Assembly (NCBI RefSeq): GCF_006345805.1
Contig: NC_042997.1
Span: 154,132,001-154,196,000 of the forward strand
DNA from: Octopus sinensis
Lineage: Eukaryota
DNA: 64,000 nucleotides
Reading direction: 5' to 3'
Below the pieces are notes generated by a model that did no database searches, was not told the origin of the DNA, and saw only the letters and a list, made by a program, of their open reading frames with translations. This document shows positions 1 through 12,200 of this stretch, piece after piece (within the stretch, counting starts at the first letter, position 1; each line of letters opens with the position of its first letter). The position numbers and the translations under genes were made by a program.

Positions 1-34
1 TATGAAATTAATGTCTCTACATGTGTAACATAGC

Positions 35-290
35 ATTCAAATAAGAAACTTGGATGGCTACGAACCTTCTCCAAGACTAGTTTACAGACTTGTTCCCCCT
101 GTTGTACAATGGTACAGTACAAAGTGTAATATTTTCAACAAGGAACTGCTCTTTCTGACAATTCAGTAAGCCACTCGATGAACTTAAATGATCCTTCTGA
201 TTATGTGAAAGTGGAATATAGCCACAAGAACTCAGCTCATCTGGTCCAGTCAATGGATCAAGATGTGATAGCTAATACATGGTGTGTTAT
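35..290 (+). mobile_element. Decayed pogo/Tigger DDE_1 transposase fragment
   Basis: Translated patches SNKKLGW.., LSDNS..H, VKVEY..KNSAHLVQSMDQDVIAN (cf. VEFLPKNTTSLIQPMDQGVI). Confidence 0.5.
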
Positions 291-344
291 TTGAGAGCTT
301 TGAAAAAATGGGGGTGGTAAACTTAGAAGAGACTAGTGGAATGT

Positions 345-515
345 ACTCAACGGCGTGCTGGCATCATCGTTAGAGTTTTAGAAATAAAACTTCTTGTGAT
401 ATTTTCTCCGATTCTTTACGTTCTAAGTTCAAACCCAGCCTGGGTCAACTTTTCCCTTCATCCTTTCGAGGTTGATCAAATAAACTGCGGCACAAGTACT
501 GGGACCGATGTAATA
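345..515 (+). mobile_element. tRNA-derived SINE, family B (degenerate)
   Basis: tacgttctaagttcaaaccc..cttcatcctttcgaggttgat, homologous to the copies at 60328 and 31980. Confidence 0.6.
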
Positions 516-1345
516 TTCTAGCATGTCTTTCCTCAAAATTGCAGATTATGTGCTAAAATTAGAAACCATTCATTATTTAAGGCCTGGGCTGAATCTCATA
601 GTTTTGTTTGTTCGTTGAAAATATTTTCTTTGTAATTTTCCTAACCTACTTTCATAGGCTGAGATATTTAGGTCAAGAAGATAACTGTATTGCGTTTCAC
701 GAGTTGTTCTGGGTTAATTGTTATCAAAATATTCAACATAAACCTGTCGTAAACTTCTACAATTGCTTCAAAAGAACAAATTGAAGTTGGGCTTTCTGAA
801 ATAAGCTAACACTATGAATTATTATCGAGTTTCAGAGAAGTCAATAAATTTAATAGGTAATTTTTATTATAAATCATAAAACTACGAAGTAAGTACCCAC
901 CTGTTGAAATGCAGTGACTTGTGTATAGGAAAATCGATCGGAAAAGGTGGCACGAATAATTCAGGGTGTTATTTATAATAATATCCTACATTATTCATAG
1001 GCCAAGTTTTATTAATACTGAAAAATAACAAAGTATGTTAAACATTTTGTAAATAATCCTCGATAAAAAGAAGAGAAATAAAATATTGCTAGATTTAAAA
1101 CCGCTGAATATCTATCTGGTACGTATACCCCTAGATCAGAACAAGGTGTTACTGATTATACTAAGGTAGATGTCGGCAACAGTGAGCCACTGATGTATTC
1201 TCTGTAAGCCTCTCTCAAAAAAATTTCGAATGCAGTGTAATTGTTAAGTAGTTGACGGCCCTTAAATACTCTTGTGTGCAACGATTCGTTAAGATTTTAC
1301 TTGAATCAGAATTTCCAAATGATAGAAATGGTAGTGGTTGCCGCA

Positions 1346-1790
1346 TACATACACATACATATACATACACACACATACACACACATATACATACACACAC
1401 ATATACTTACATACACACACATACATACACACACATACATACATACATACATACATACACATACATACACACACATATATATGCACATACATACACACAC
1501 ACATACATACATACATACATACATACATACATACATACATACATACACATACATACACACACATACATATGCACATACATACACACACATACACACATAC
1601 ACACATATATACGCATACACACATATACACACATACACACACATACATGCACATACATGTATTCATACATACATGCACATATGCATATAAACATACATAC
1701 ATAGACATACATACACACACATACATACACATACATACACATACATATACATACATACATATACATACACACTTACATATACATACATTC
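1346..1790. repeat. Degenerate (TACA)/(CA) microsatellite
   Basis: Direct inspection; source of the H/T/Y/I and C/V/M ORFs. Confidence 0.97.
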
Positions 1791-2000
1791 AAAATGTGAC
1801 CGTGTGTGTACCGTTGGCGATTTTTTCCCTCAGTCTTCCCTTCTCTGGATCTTTCCTTTTCCTATGTTTCTGACGAAGAGCTCCGCTCGAAACGTTAAGC
1901 CCTCCTTCTTCCCTTCCTTCCTGAACGTCCACTAATACTATACTTGTTCCACGTCCTCGCGTTGTTGTGTTTTCTCTTTGTGTTTTCATGTTTGGATTAA
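1790..2000 (+). mobile_element. Interspersed repeat carrying a minimal hammerhead motif (PLE pLTR-like); homolog at 33655..33855
   Basis: Shared gtgaccgt..gttggcgatttt..gaagagctccgctcgaaacgt..cacgtcctcgcgttgttgt. Confidence 0.75.
1866..1900 (+). ncRNA. Minimal type-I hammerhead ribozyme motif (family 1, copy A)
   Basis: gttt CTGACGA a GAGC tcc GCTC GAA ACGT T aagc. Confidence 0.65.
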
Positions 2001-2107
2001 CCATATATATACATACATACATATACACACTCTCACACACACATATATATAAACAATAAATTAAATAGAGACATTCGATCGACAATCCAAGAATTTATTT
2101 ATATTAT

Positions 2108-2620
2108 AACTAGCAGTATCGCCCGGCGTTGCTCGGGTTTGTAAGGGAAATAACTATATAGGCATTTTTAGAGAGTTATAGCCAAACAATAGCAAAAAAT
2201 GCATTAAAAATGGAATAAAAAATGATGGTAATTTTTTTTTAAATCGTTGACTCATCGTAGACATTTTTAGAGAGTTACTTCCCTTATATAATAGCGAAAA
2301 AATGCACTAAAATGGAAAAAAATGATGGTAAATTTTTTTTTAAATCGTAGACACAACTTCACTTTTATATATTGTTTTGGTGTCTTCAGGCCATGAAGTC
2401 GTTGTTCTAAAAGAACGCTGGTCTCCTTGACAATGCTTTACGACGTTGATTTCCTTACACTCCCTTCCCCACAGCTTCACGAGGGAGGGAAGAAGGGGGA
2501 GAAGCAACACAGGTGCAGCTGTGAGCGTGGACGCCAACTCCGCCGCCATCGACACACGAGAAATTATGCATTAAAATGGAATAAAAAGATGATGTTAAAT
2601 TATTTTTAAAATCGTAGACT
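2108..2620 (+). mobile_element. Non-autonomous Helitron-like repeat (same 5' end as 51364)
   Basis: actagcagtatcgcccggcgttgctcgggtttgtaagggaaataactata is identical at 2109 and 51365. The Helitron assignment is inference from the end motifs. Confidence 0.45.
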
Positions 2621-3129
2621 CATCGAACTATGAGAAGGAGACAGATTCAGCCTAAGTTTAATCTGAAGATAGGCCTTAAATAATGTATTGGTAAGCATGT
2701 TGGAAGAAATGTAAAATATTTTTTAAATAGTTTGAATGAGAAGAAATAAAATTTAAAAAATTGAATAGAAAAGCTGTAAGCAACAAAAATGGACAAAGAA
2801 GGAACTCAAAAACAATGGCGAGAGAAATGATAAATCATATTAAAATGTCACACAAAAATATTTCTTAATATAATTTATTTATATAAAGGCATCGTGATTT
2901 TAATTTCTAAAATTCCAAAAAATTTGTTTCTTGTATTTACATTCTCCTGTTGACAATGTTCCATCTGACAAAGCATGGTCATTTTTTAGAACGGATAAGA
3001 AACGATCGTCTCCACGAAGACACACAAATACAAACTGGTAATATCCCTTGCATATATCGTCAGTATGTCTAAGAACTTGGCCAAATGTCAATATGATGCC
3101 CATTAGGTCATTGTTACTGATATTTGCTT

Positions 3130-3327
3130 CTATTAAACTGAACTTTGGTGGGAAAGGTGCTAGTCGATTTCATCGACCCCAGTGATGAACTGGTACTTAT
3201 ATCGATCCCGAAAGTCTGAAAGGCAAAGTTGATCCCGGCGAAATTTGAACTCAGAACGTAAAGACAGACGGAATGCCACAAAACATTTTATCCTGTGTGC
3301 AAAGGATTTTGCTAGCTCGCTGCCTTC
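3130..3327 (-). mobile_element. tRNA-derived SINE, family B
   Basis: Reverse complement reads aaggcagcgagctagc..tacgttctgagttcaaatttcgcc (B-box GTTCAAAT). Confidence 0.8.
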
Positions 3328-3338
3328 ACTATTATTAA

Positions 3339-3525
3339 TAATGGCTTACATTTAGATTAATCACTTTGATGACTTAGCTACAGAACAATAAACACCGAAA
3401 CACATCGCCTGTTTTAGACATGTGGATGACACCTATGTATTTTTGCAACACCAAGAGTACATCCAAGTTCTTGTAGATAATATGATAACACTCCATATCT
3501 TGAACCTGTTTACTCTGGAGAAATG
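3339..3525 (+). mobile_element. Penelope-like RT fragment (RYVDDTF type)
   Basis: ..ACFRHVDDTYVFLQHQEYIQVLVDNMITLHILNLFTLEK. Confidence 0.6.
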
Positions 3526-3989
3526 AAAGCAACGAATTCAAATAAGCTAACAATACATGAATTGCATGTTCATCGTTATCATAGTGGTTTAAACGCTCTT
3601 GATCTTAATTTTGAAATAAATGTTTCTAGTTCGTATCCGGTCTAGTTTCATGTATACGTCTAAGAATAAGACATTTGATGATCGGAGAAAAATCATAATT
3701 ATGTAGAATAGATATCAATTATAACACTTTTCATCTAAAAATATTAGGTTATTGCCTGGTAATCTAATCTCTATATCATCCCCAACCTTCGCGTGAATAT
3801 TAGCTGTATATTAATAGTCAAAATGGTGTTACTCTGCTACTGTAGTCAATAATCTAATATCCGTAAAAGTATTCAATATTGAATGCTTATACCTTATCCG
3901 CACAAATTTTTACGCTTAAGGAGAAGGGGGACACAAAGCACAATTTTCCAAAGGCATTTTTTCGTAGTGGAGTAAAAGTCGGTATTAAT

Positions 3990-4510
3990 ACAGGAAGCTG
4001 TATTAATCTATGTCAGCCTCTCTTTCGGCTTCCTAAAGAGCCTGTAGGTACCAGATCCCAAGTCTAAATTCACATTAAAGAAATCTACTCTCTTCTGGGT
4101 GGTTTCTGCTGCGATCTTGAGGCCAAGATGATTCATGATGTTTATGAGGTCCTTCCTAAGTCTATCAACTGTGTGAACGTCCACCCTTCTCGATATTGCC
4201 AAAGCATCGGCTTTGTAGAGGCCAAATCTAGTAGAATGGAAATTCTTAAGTAACTTTAGGACGAAAAACCCAACAAGCGCTGTCAGATGTACCCATCGCT
4301 AAATCGAAGGATCCCTTTGGGTCAATGTACTTGGCCTTGGCTGGCCCCTTGAAGAAGAGTAGGGTTGGTCTGGTATGCATGATATTGCATGTGTCAGTAA
4401 TTTTAATCCCAGTAAAGGTCGTAACGAAATCCTGTGCGTTATACAAAAACTTCCTCGACATAACCAGGTAAAAATATTCTATATCAAACTGAGCAAACCT
4501 TGCTCTACGC
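3990..4510 (-). mobile_element. Penelope-like RT fragment (GLYRDDGL type, possibly Nematis-like)
   Basis: FDIEYFY..FDLAMGTSDSA..GLYKADALAIS..DRLRKDLINIMNHLGLKI..VDFFNVNLDL..YRLFRKP, frameshifted. Confidence 0.75.
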
Positions 4511-4830
4511 CTGTTTTGTACATACTAATATTATGAATCGCATTTGTTACTTTCTAGTAATTTGTTTTCAATACTTTCATAATCGTAAGAAGATAAACAA
4601 AGAAGAAGCGTAAATTTCCGCACAAATTTAGTTCTTTACAAACATACGAGATCTATCTGAAAGGTAACCAGACTGGGTGTGCTGTGCGAATTATGAGTAG
4701 AAGAGGGATAAGCGGATTATGTTATCATCTAACATGATATCTTGGGAGTATATACCAGCAATCTTAGCTTTCTGCAATTATTGCATATTTTTTCACATAC
4801 TTTTGTTTACACCTCCTCTTCCTCAGGTCG

Positions 4831-5198
4831 TTCAGCACTGAGGAATGAACAATAAACACCGAGAAACGAACATACCTGAAACTTTTGGTCCGGTTGGGGA
4901 AAACTCTGTCACAAGAACTTGAAATGATTCAGCAAGCGTATAGAGATAGCACCATGTCGCGTCCACGTGTTTTTGAGTGGCACAAGTTTTGAAAGCGTGG
5001 AGGCCATCAAGACGGCTGTAACGATGGAGCTGAGGGGCATCTCAGATGAATCCTTCCCGCAGCGCATAGAAGCGTGGCAGAAAAGGATGAAAATGTGCAT
5101 TAGACTCGAGGGGGATTACTTTGAAGAAGAAATCATGAAGATTCTTGTTTGAAATTCAAATCAATTGTTTGTGGCACCAGTCCCGTTACTTTTCAGAC
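4831..5198 (+). mobile_element. Internally deleted mariner element
   Basis: N-terminal LKLLVRLGKTLSQELEMIQQAYRDSTMSRPRVFEWHK joined directly to C-terminal FESVEAIKTAV..WQKRMKMCIRLEGDYFE. Confidence 0.85.
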
Positions 5199-6175
5199 TT
5201 TTCATATAACAACACTTATAGGTGTCTGTGGGAGTGTGTACATTAACTTTTGATAAAGTGAATCATTACACAGGAAATGCCACAGACTTTTCATAAAAGT
5301 GCAGGGTGAGAAATTCTGATTATAATGAGCGGAACAATTATTGCCAATCAATAAGATAATGATGGTCTCATTAAAGCAACAGATGGTGATTATAACTTTG
5401 ATCATACTATTTTCATGAATACAAATATAGCAGGAAAAAAATACAGATAAATTAGCTTAATGTTTATAATAATATGTAAATTTTTAAAGAATTATTATAT
5501 GAAATTAAGTGGTATAATACAACAATCAAAATACCCAGTATCGATAAATGACACTAGCAAAATGCACATGCCAAAATTGCTATATTCCCAAATTCATTCT
5601 TTTTGACGAGGATTTCAAATTTATTCTTAAAAAAGGCGATGAAAATGCGTTGACGATATCGTGGTTGTCATTCCTTTCGGTGTTTTTGTTACGGGGTTTC
5701 GAGTTCAAATCAGTTCATTATTGAATTTGCTTTTCTACCGCATGACATCGATAAGTATGTATTATAACTTCGATTGGATTCCTCGCCCAAAACTGTTTCC
5801 TTTTACAGTACCAGAAATATCATTTCTCCTTTAAATTTACTTTTTTAGATTAACCTTTGCGTCTTGGATTGAAATTCATGTTATTTTGAATAACAAATAT
5901 AGAAGATTTTACTGGCGTTACAAATTCCATCAAAAAGATATAAAATCTCCTTCAATACTGAACAACATGGACATTCCTTAGAATATAGTTGACTGTTAAA
6001 TTTGCATAAACAAAATAAATTCACCTAATCGAGGATCATTTTAATGCTATTACGTGATGTGTGAAGAAAAACTAATGAGGTACAAATCACAGGGGAAGAA
6101 AAGAAAAATTTTACATTGGTTGTTCCCTTTTACTTTCTCTCTTCCGTCCTTATCCGAATCCAGATAAGTATGTAT

Positions 6176-6222
6176 CTGTGTGTGTGTGTGTGTGTATATA
6201 CATACATACATACATACATACA

Positions 6223-6253
<31 letters not shown>

Positions 6254-6260
6254 GTATATA

Positions 6261-6316
<56 letters not shown>

Positions 6317-6367
6317 CATACATATATATATATATATATACATGTGTATATACATATTTACATATAT

Positions 6368-6418
<51 letters not shown>

Positions 6419-6428
6419 GAGAGAGAGA
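6176..6428. repeat. Compound (GT)/(TACA)/(TA)/(CA) microsatellite
   Basis: Direct inspection. Confidence 0.97.
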
Positions 6429-6439
6429 TTTAGTTGAAT

Positions 6440-8950
6440 TAAGTACTTAAGGTGAAGCGCCAAGTCAGTCCGGTATTATCCGCACAGCTCAAAATAAGCA
6501 ACAGGATATCAAGTTGTCATGCAGTACGACCGTTTCAAGCGGATCCATTTAATTGAACGATGCAATCGTTACATCAATTTAAATGCAATGCTATCTTCAG
6601 CTGCACAAGAAAATACAAATGGAATTTCAACAGGTAGGATACATTAATATAATTTTTCTTAAATATTTTAACTGAATAGGATGGAAGAAATTCATGTTGT
6701 CGCTGTTGTACCAAAAGTGGCTAATAAAAACAGACTACAATTCCTTAGAAAAACATGGAGCATAATGGTGTCATAGGGTTGTAATTCATTTCCAATTTGT
6801 TTATCTCTTTATCATCTACTAAAATCTGAGATTAAAAGACTGTGTATATTTAGAATAAAGAACTAGAGTGAGTTGAATAAAGAACTGAGCAAGTTAACGC
6901 ATATATTAGGTTTTCCGAAGCAAACGTGAAGTTGTTTTTCACTGTAAAACATTGACATTGTTTGAAGAATTCCGATCCCTCAATTAGGTTGACGCATATA
7001 CCACAGTTAGGTCTTCTGCATTTTTATACTGTCGGTTTCAATGTTGTTGACGAGTGTACTTGGGCTTATGTTAGAATACTTTTCAATGACTTGCGTTGTC
7101 TTTTGCTCTTTATAATGGTGTGTGTTTGGAGGAATTGACTCATTCAATGGTTCGTTTTTACTAAAGGAATGTTCTGGTGGATGGTATCGAAGGTCTCATT
7201 GTTTAAGGGTTTGCGTGTCGATATGGATGGTAGGGCTTTTGGTTGTAAATGCTTCTTTAGTTTGGGATGTCTGAGTCAGTGGATGTTGAGTTGTAGGGCA
7301 CGTTGAAAACCTATATCAATTAGTGATGGTGAATAATTCTTGTTGATGAGCTCATCCTTTAGTTAATGTAGTCGTGTGTCACGGGTTTTTGTATCAGATA
7401 CTATAGTACAAATCCTTTTTGCCAAGTTGAAAGGTATATTCATTCTAGCGTGTCTGGAGTGGCATGAGTTAAAACGGTAGATATTGCTTGGAGTCCGTGG
7501 GGTTATTGTGTATGTCTGCTTCTATTTTGCTTTTGCATTTATTTAAGAGGATGTCGAGGAATGGATGTTGTTGATGACTATATTCCATCGCAAATTGGAT
7601 GTTTATGTCAAGTCCATTTAGAAGTGTTTGAAATTCTTGAAGTCTCTCTATATTTTCATGTCAAAAAATGAAGCATTCATCTAGATATTTCTTCCAGTTA
7701 TTTTCTATGTACAAGAAGAATGAGCTAACGTATTTTTGTAGCACCTTACGATAAAGAACGATTTCTAGGCATCCCATGACTAGGTTAGCAAAGGAGGGGG
7801 ACATTCTCGTACCTATGACAGTCTCCGATTCCTGTCGATAGAAGTTGTCATTGAAAACGAAGAAGTTATTCTCCAAGATGAATTTTAACTCTTCTATTAC
7901 GAATTCTCTTTTTATGTGGTGTGGGAGCTCATTAGAGTAATTCTCTTGCCTGAATTGGATTGCCTCTATTCCTAGGTTGTGGGAGGATATTAGAATAGCC
8001 AGTGACTACATTGAAGGATACTAGTAGGGATTTGTTTCAGCGAGGTGGTTGAGCATATCAAGGTTGTCCCTTATGTAGCTTTTGATATGCTTGAGGAATG
8101 GTTTTAAGAGGATATCTAAAATGTTACTAAGGCGTTGAGTTTTGCATGCGGGGCCTGCTATTTGAGGTCATTAGGTGTAGGTATTTTGACTATTATGTCT
8201 GTAGCTTCCCTGCATGCGTTACTTATTTTTCCCTTTTATGTATCTTAGGAATACCGTAGAATTGACTTGATTTACTTTTGAAGATAGTCATATAGTCCTA
8301 TTCCTTGTCGGTGAGTCCTTCTCTGTATGGGTTTAATAGAATTTTTAGGTTTCTTATTATTTTCTGCTGACTGTAGTATTGGACTTTTTCATAGTATGTT
8401 GTATCTTCTAATATGAATAGCACTAGAGTTATATAGTATATATAACTTTGGAGAGTATGTTGATTTGGTCTGGTGTTTGTTCTTTGTGAGTTAGATTGAT
8501 TTTTATCACTTTTGGTTTCTCCTGCATGTCTGGTGCTATCTCATATCCCTGTGTTTGTGTACTAGGTCTAAAAAATGGTAGAGGTGATTGGGACGGTAGC
8601 TGTTATTTAGTTGTCCCCTGTTGTTGTGGAGTGCCCTGTTGTGATTTATAGTGCGGGTTCTTGGCTGGGGATTGAAAAGTGTGTCCCTATATTCTATGTT
8701 AGAATGTGGTGCTTCAGAGGGCGGTCGTTGATAATTATTTTGTATGGTATGGCTTTGTTGTGTGTGGTTGTTAGGTGGATTGTTGGAATAAAAATTACGT
8801 TGGTATCTCCTTATGGGTGGGGAGATGTAATGTCTACCCCGTGGGTAGTGATTTCTTTGTTTGTTGTCGGGATACTGCTGCTGCTTAAACTTTCAAACTT
8901 CAGAACCAACATTTCTTTGCACCCATAAACATTATTTTTTCAGATCTGTT
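6440..8950 (-). mobile_element. Degenerate Penelope-like element (Neptune-type) with 3' pLTR
   Basis: RT: ENNFFVFNDNFYRQ..IGTRMSPSFANLVMG..WKKYLDECF; linker KCRRPNCGICVNL..FTFASENLIYALTC; the 3' end carries a hammerhead motif. Confidence 0.8.
6520..6605 (-). ncRNA. Type-I hammerhead ribozyme motif (family 2, copy E)
   Basis: Reverse complement: tgcag CTGAAGA tagc..long hairpin..gctt GAA ACGGTCGT A ctgca. Confidence 0.65.
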
Positions 8951-8973
8951 ACTACCTACCGAGCCTTCACAAA

Positions 8974-8976
<3 letters not shown>

Positions 8977-9032
<56 letters not shown>
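8977..9032. repeat. (GA)n, 3' flank of the Tx1 element
   Basis: Direct inspection. Confidence 0.97.
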
Positions 9033-9037
<5 letters not shown>

Positions 9038-9253
9038 CTCTATTCACCATAAGGTTGAGAAAAAGAGGGGACAAAACAAACGTTGGGGTCAGGGTATCGA
9101 ATGAGACGAAACATATGAATAAACAAACAATTAAAATATATACAATTAAATGAGAATGAGTGATTAACAAAAAATGAAGCGGAGGACGCGGTCGACCCCA
9201 CAAACCACATACTCACACTGAAGACTTTGCTTTCTCCTTTTTTACATTCTCGA

Positions 9254-12200
9254 TTAAACAGTTTCTTTCACTCGCAACATACTTGCTATAGACTTCCATC
9301 TTTTACGAAACACACTTTGCGCCAGGCACTTCTTCTCCAGCCTTATTTTCTGTTTCATGTGGAAAACGAAAAAGTCGATTAGCTCGAGACTGGAGATAAA
9401 CATGCCTGTTGCAATTCCTTTTACTCTCGTCTTCCACACTACTTCTTTCGCCATAGCAACTACTGAAAGAAAACAGGCTCGCTCCTCCCTATTCAGGAAG
9501 GTCGGCGGAACTATCTTAATTACAGATTCGCTCGACAGTTGTACTCTTCTCGAATGCGACAGCAGGTGTTCGACATAAGCCCAGAGTTCAGTCACCTTCG
9601 GGCATTGCACAATCGCGTGCAGGACAGTTTCACTGTCCCTCTTACATCTTGCACAAACCGGCGAAGGTGCAGACCCATGTCTAAAGAGCTTATCTCGAAC
9701 CGGTAAAGCTCCTCTGTAACATTGCCAGGCCAGGGACTTTTGGTAATTATCCATAGGCCTCGGACCGAATGTTCTTTGGAACAGGCTGGCCAGTTGATTT
9801 TCGTCGTAGCCCAGAGTTTCTCCTAGGACGTCGTCACACTTAAACTCTACTAACCCTCTATAGAAGAACGAGGTAGTAGCCCCGCCACCGGCGTTGCCCG
9901 ACTGGGAGAGAAGCACGAGTGCCTGATAGCACTCTGCATGCCACATGCCCAACCTCGGTCTACACTTGCTCCATGGGTTCAGTTCGTTAAACGATGTGAA
10001 CTGTGGAAATAACAGCTTGACAAACGAGACCACACCTGCTCACCGTCCAGGTAAATCCAGAGGTGCCTAAGCCTGAGCGCATGTCTGCGCATTTTTAGCC
10101 ACGGCATCCCTAACCCACCCTTCAGCGGCTTTTGGGAGCAAATAGAGCGCCTTACAAGAGGTCTGCTGCCCTCCACAAAAAGCGAAAGAGCATGCGTTCC
10201 AGTTTGTTCAGCCACGAATCGGGGCAAGGCACTACGGTTAGGCGGTAAGTGATTACAGAGGCGATAAACACTTCTGCAACCTCCGCCCTCCCTTTCAAGG
10301 ACAGCTTCCGCTCAGACCATGTCTGAGTTAGGAGAGCCACCTTTCTCGCCACCTCGCTCCAGTTCTTCTCTATCTGGAGATCTGGACCTAACCAGATCCC
10401 AAGCATTTTCACCGGTCCTTCCGTCCAACGTCCTACGACGCTGTCGGAAGACATCGACTTGCCCCTCCAGGTGCCAAGTTGCAAGCCGACCGATTTATCC
10501 CGGTTGACTTTCGCTCCTGCCACCGCTTCGTAGTCCCTTAAGGCCTCACCCACCCACTGTAGGTGCTCGACTCGGGAAACGATGACGGTGATGTCGTCCG
10601 CATACGCCGAAGCTGACTTTCCGCACCCTAGATCTTGCGGAGTGCCTCTCATAGTTTCCAACCTCCTCAGCAACGGCTCGAGGGCCAAAACGTAGAGAAG
10701 CGGGGAGAGAGGACACCCTTGACGTACCGAACGTTCAATGCTGAACGGCTCCGAAAGGAAACCATTTACCCGAACTACCGATTCGATGTTGCTGTATAAA
10801 GCGATGATCCATCCGCGGAAGGTCGGGCCGAAGCCAGCCGCCGCGAGGACCGCCGCCAGATACTGATGGTACACCCTATCAAACACTTTCGATTGGTCCA
10901 AGTGGACCATAGCCCCACCCTTGCCAGGAATCCTATTTACCCTTTCTAAGGTATAGCGTAGAAAGGGGAGATTGTCGTGGATGGTCCTTCTAGGGATGGT
11001 GCAAGTTTGCGCCTCGCCAACAAGTTCACCCACGACCCTCGCCAACCTTTTTGCTAAGACCTTGGCCAAGATCTTCAACTCTGCGTTAAGCAGAGTGATA
11101 GGCCGGAAATTATCAATTAAATCCTCCTTGTTTGGGTCCTTTCTTAACAGCGCTACCACCCCTCGGCTCACAGACTTAGGAATTCTCCCGTTCTGCTGCC
11201 AGTTGGTGTACACACATGCAAGTAGGTGCCCAAACAAGTCTGGCATGCTACTATAGAGTTCGTAAGGCAGACCATCGAGTCCCGGCGATTTGTCTCCGCC
11301 GCAGTCTGCCAACATATCCTCGACTTCTTTGGCTGTGATCGGCGCCTCACAGGATTCCGCGTCCGGCCCCGATAGACGCGGCGAACCGGCTAGGAAGTCT
11401 GCGAGCTTCTCCCCGCGTTCCAGCTCGCCGCTCCTCCCGAATAGCTGGGCGAAATGATCATGAAACACTTTGCACATCTCCTCGGGTTCGTTTACTAATC
11501 GACCATTTGGGCCCATCAAGGATCGAATGGTTGAGTTGTTGCCACGCTGGCCCTCTACCACTCGGGCCCATCCGGCTGCGTTGATCCCTTCCTGTCTCAT
11601 TGCACGGATCTTTGCCCTGACAATGCACCCTTCATGTTTAGCTTTGAGATGTTGGTCGAGTGCTAACCTCGCCGCTAACACTTTCGATGCACTGCCTGAC
11701 CTCATTGCCTCCTCTATTGCCTTAACTAGTTCCTTTTCTACTTTGTTTCTAGCACTAGCTAGTTCTTTGCTAAACCTAATTGACTCAAATTTGATGGCCC
11801 TTTTCAGGGCGTACCACCATTTGTTGTTGATAATGGATCCGGTTAACGCCCTCATTACTAATTGTTTAATCCGATTCCTGTAGGCTTCACAGTCCAATAG
11901 TGACTTGTTTAGCTTCCAGTAACCGGTACCTCGTCTACACATGCTATCTATGTCGAGCGTACAGGTCACTAATTTGTGATCGCTGTAGCTGACGATATGG
12001 TGTTGTGGACCATATCTTTCCTTCTAGTTATGATTCTATCGATATAAGATCTGGACGACCCGTCGTTTCTTGTCCAGGTCCACGCTGGAGTGTCTGGATG
12101 GTCCAGTCTGAATCTATTTGCCAATTCGAAACGACTTAGCATATCGTTGAGGTGAGGTAATCTCCTCCTATTCTTTCTCGAGCCAACATAATCTACGCTT

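Noticed and set aside
1215-1799. Many overlapping H/T/Y/I and C/V/M-rich ORFs (also 6050..6463, 32669..33664, 34791..35140, 40577..41067, 42573..42893, 55283..55513)
   Set aside because: They are stop-free translations of dinucleotide and tetranucleotide microsatellites, with no splice or homology support.
2900-3103. Minus-strand 67-aa ORF
   Set aside because: No recognisable domain; the + strand has at most a faint Tigger-like patch (LLVDNVPS).
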